Assembly: GCA_963841435.1 (NCBI GenBank)
Contig: CAWJCS010000003.1
Location: forward strand, 800,001 to 864,000
Origin: an uncultured delta proteobacterium
GTDB lineage: Bacteria > Myxococcota_A > Polyangia > Polyangiales > Polyangiaceae
Length of the DNA: 64,000 nt
Direction of reading: 5' to 3'
In this document: piece after piece, positions 63,880 to 64,000 of the stretch
Layout of the letters: every line of letters starts with the position of its first letter
Position numbering within the stretch: the stretch's first letter is position 1
Program-made: the position numbers and the translations under genes
Notes under the pieces: model-generated
Databases searched by the model: none
The model's input: only the letters and a program-made list of their open reading frames with translations
Told to the model about the DNA's origin: nothing

Positions 63880-64000
63880 GATCCGCTTTCTCGCTCCCCG
63901 CCCGAAACCTCCGTCACGGCGGCGCCGAACGCACCGTCCGCGAGCCTGACCGACACCCTTTCGCCAGGCGCGACCTCCCGGACGCTGCGGAGCGCACGGC
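63876..64000 (-). CDS. xseA: Exodeoxyribonuclease VII large subunit, C-terminal fragment (truncated by window edge)
   Basis: Reads RALRSVREVAPGERVSVRLADGAFGAAV..*; stop overlaps aroE start. Confidence 0.7.
   Translation of the reverse strand, partial: RALRSVREVAPGERVSVRLADGAFGAAVTEVSGGERESGS

Overview
Gene-dense, very high-GC chromosomal window, most likely from a myxobacterium of Polyangiaceae style. This is inferred from the Ser/Thr kinase + PEGA-like + Gly-rich lipoprotein cassette, the many hybrid kinases and a Myxococcus-type LexA box. No rRNA, tRNA, CRISPR array or transposase was recognised. Layout: (0.3-15.5 kb) PAS hybrid kinase, hemerythrin, PPi-type PEP carboxykinase, AspT-family exchanger, a CBS/CP-ATP-grasp/alpha-E operon, CxxxY-type CcmE, long pyruvate kinase and a CarF/TMEM189-family desaturase, several with sigma54-like promoters. 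(15.6-19.7 kb) A receiver-less sigma54 activator divergent from a YqiJ/YqiK-like flotillin operon, with a clear double-palindrome operator. (20.8-26.7 kb) A two-gene activase/reductase pair with PlsA/PlsR (anaerobic plasmalogen synthase) architecture, separated by a structured 53-bp tandem repeat ending in a terminator-like hairpin. (26.8-41.4 kb) Tandem TauE genes, MscS with two antiporter-fold genes, serB, O-methyltransferase, yggX and uvrA with a LexA box. (41.8-64 kb) CheB/CheR, kinase and EAL signalling genes, an RND pump, a probable pseudokinase cassette, a two-component system, a debranching enzyme, aroE and the end of xseA. The most interesting hypotheses are co-located oxygen-dependent and oxygen-independent vinyl-ether lipid genes flanking a flotillin module, and a candidate tandem cis-regulatory RNA inside the plsA/plsR-like operon. 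Several apparent single-base frameshifts suggest indel errors in the assembly. All family calls are from motif recognition by eye, not database searches.
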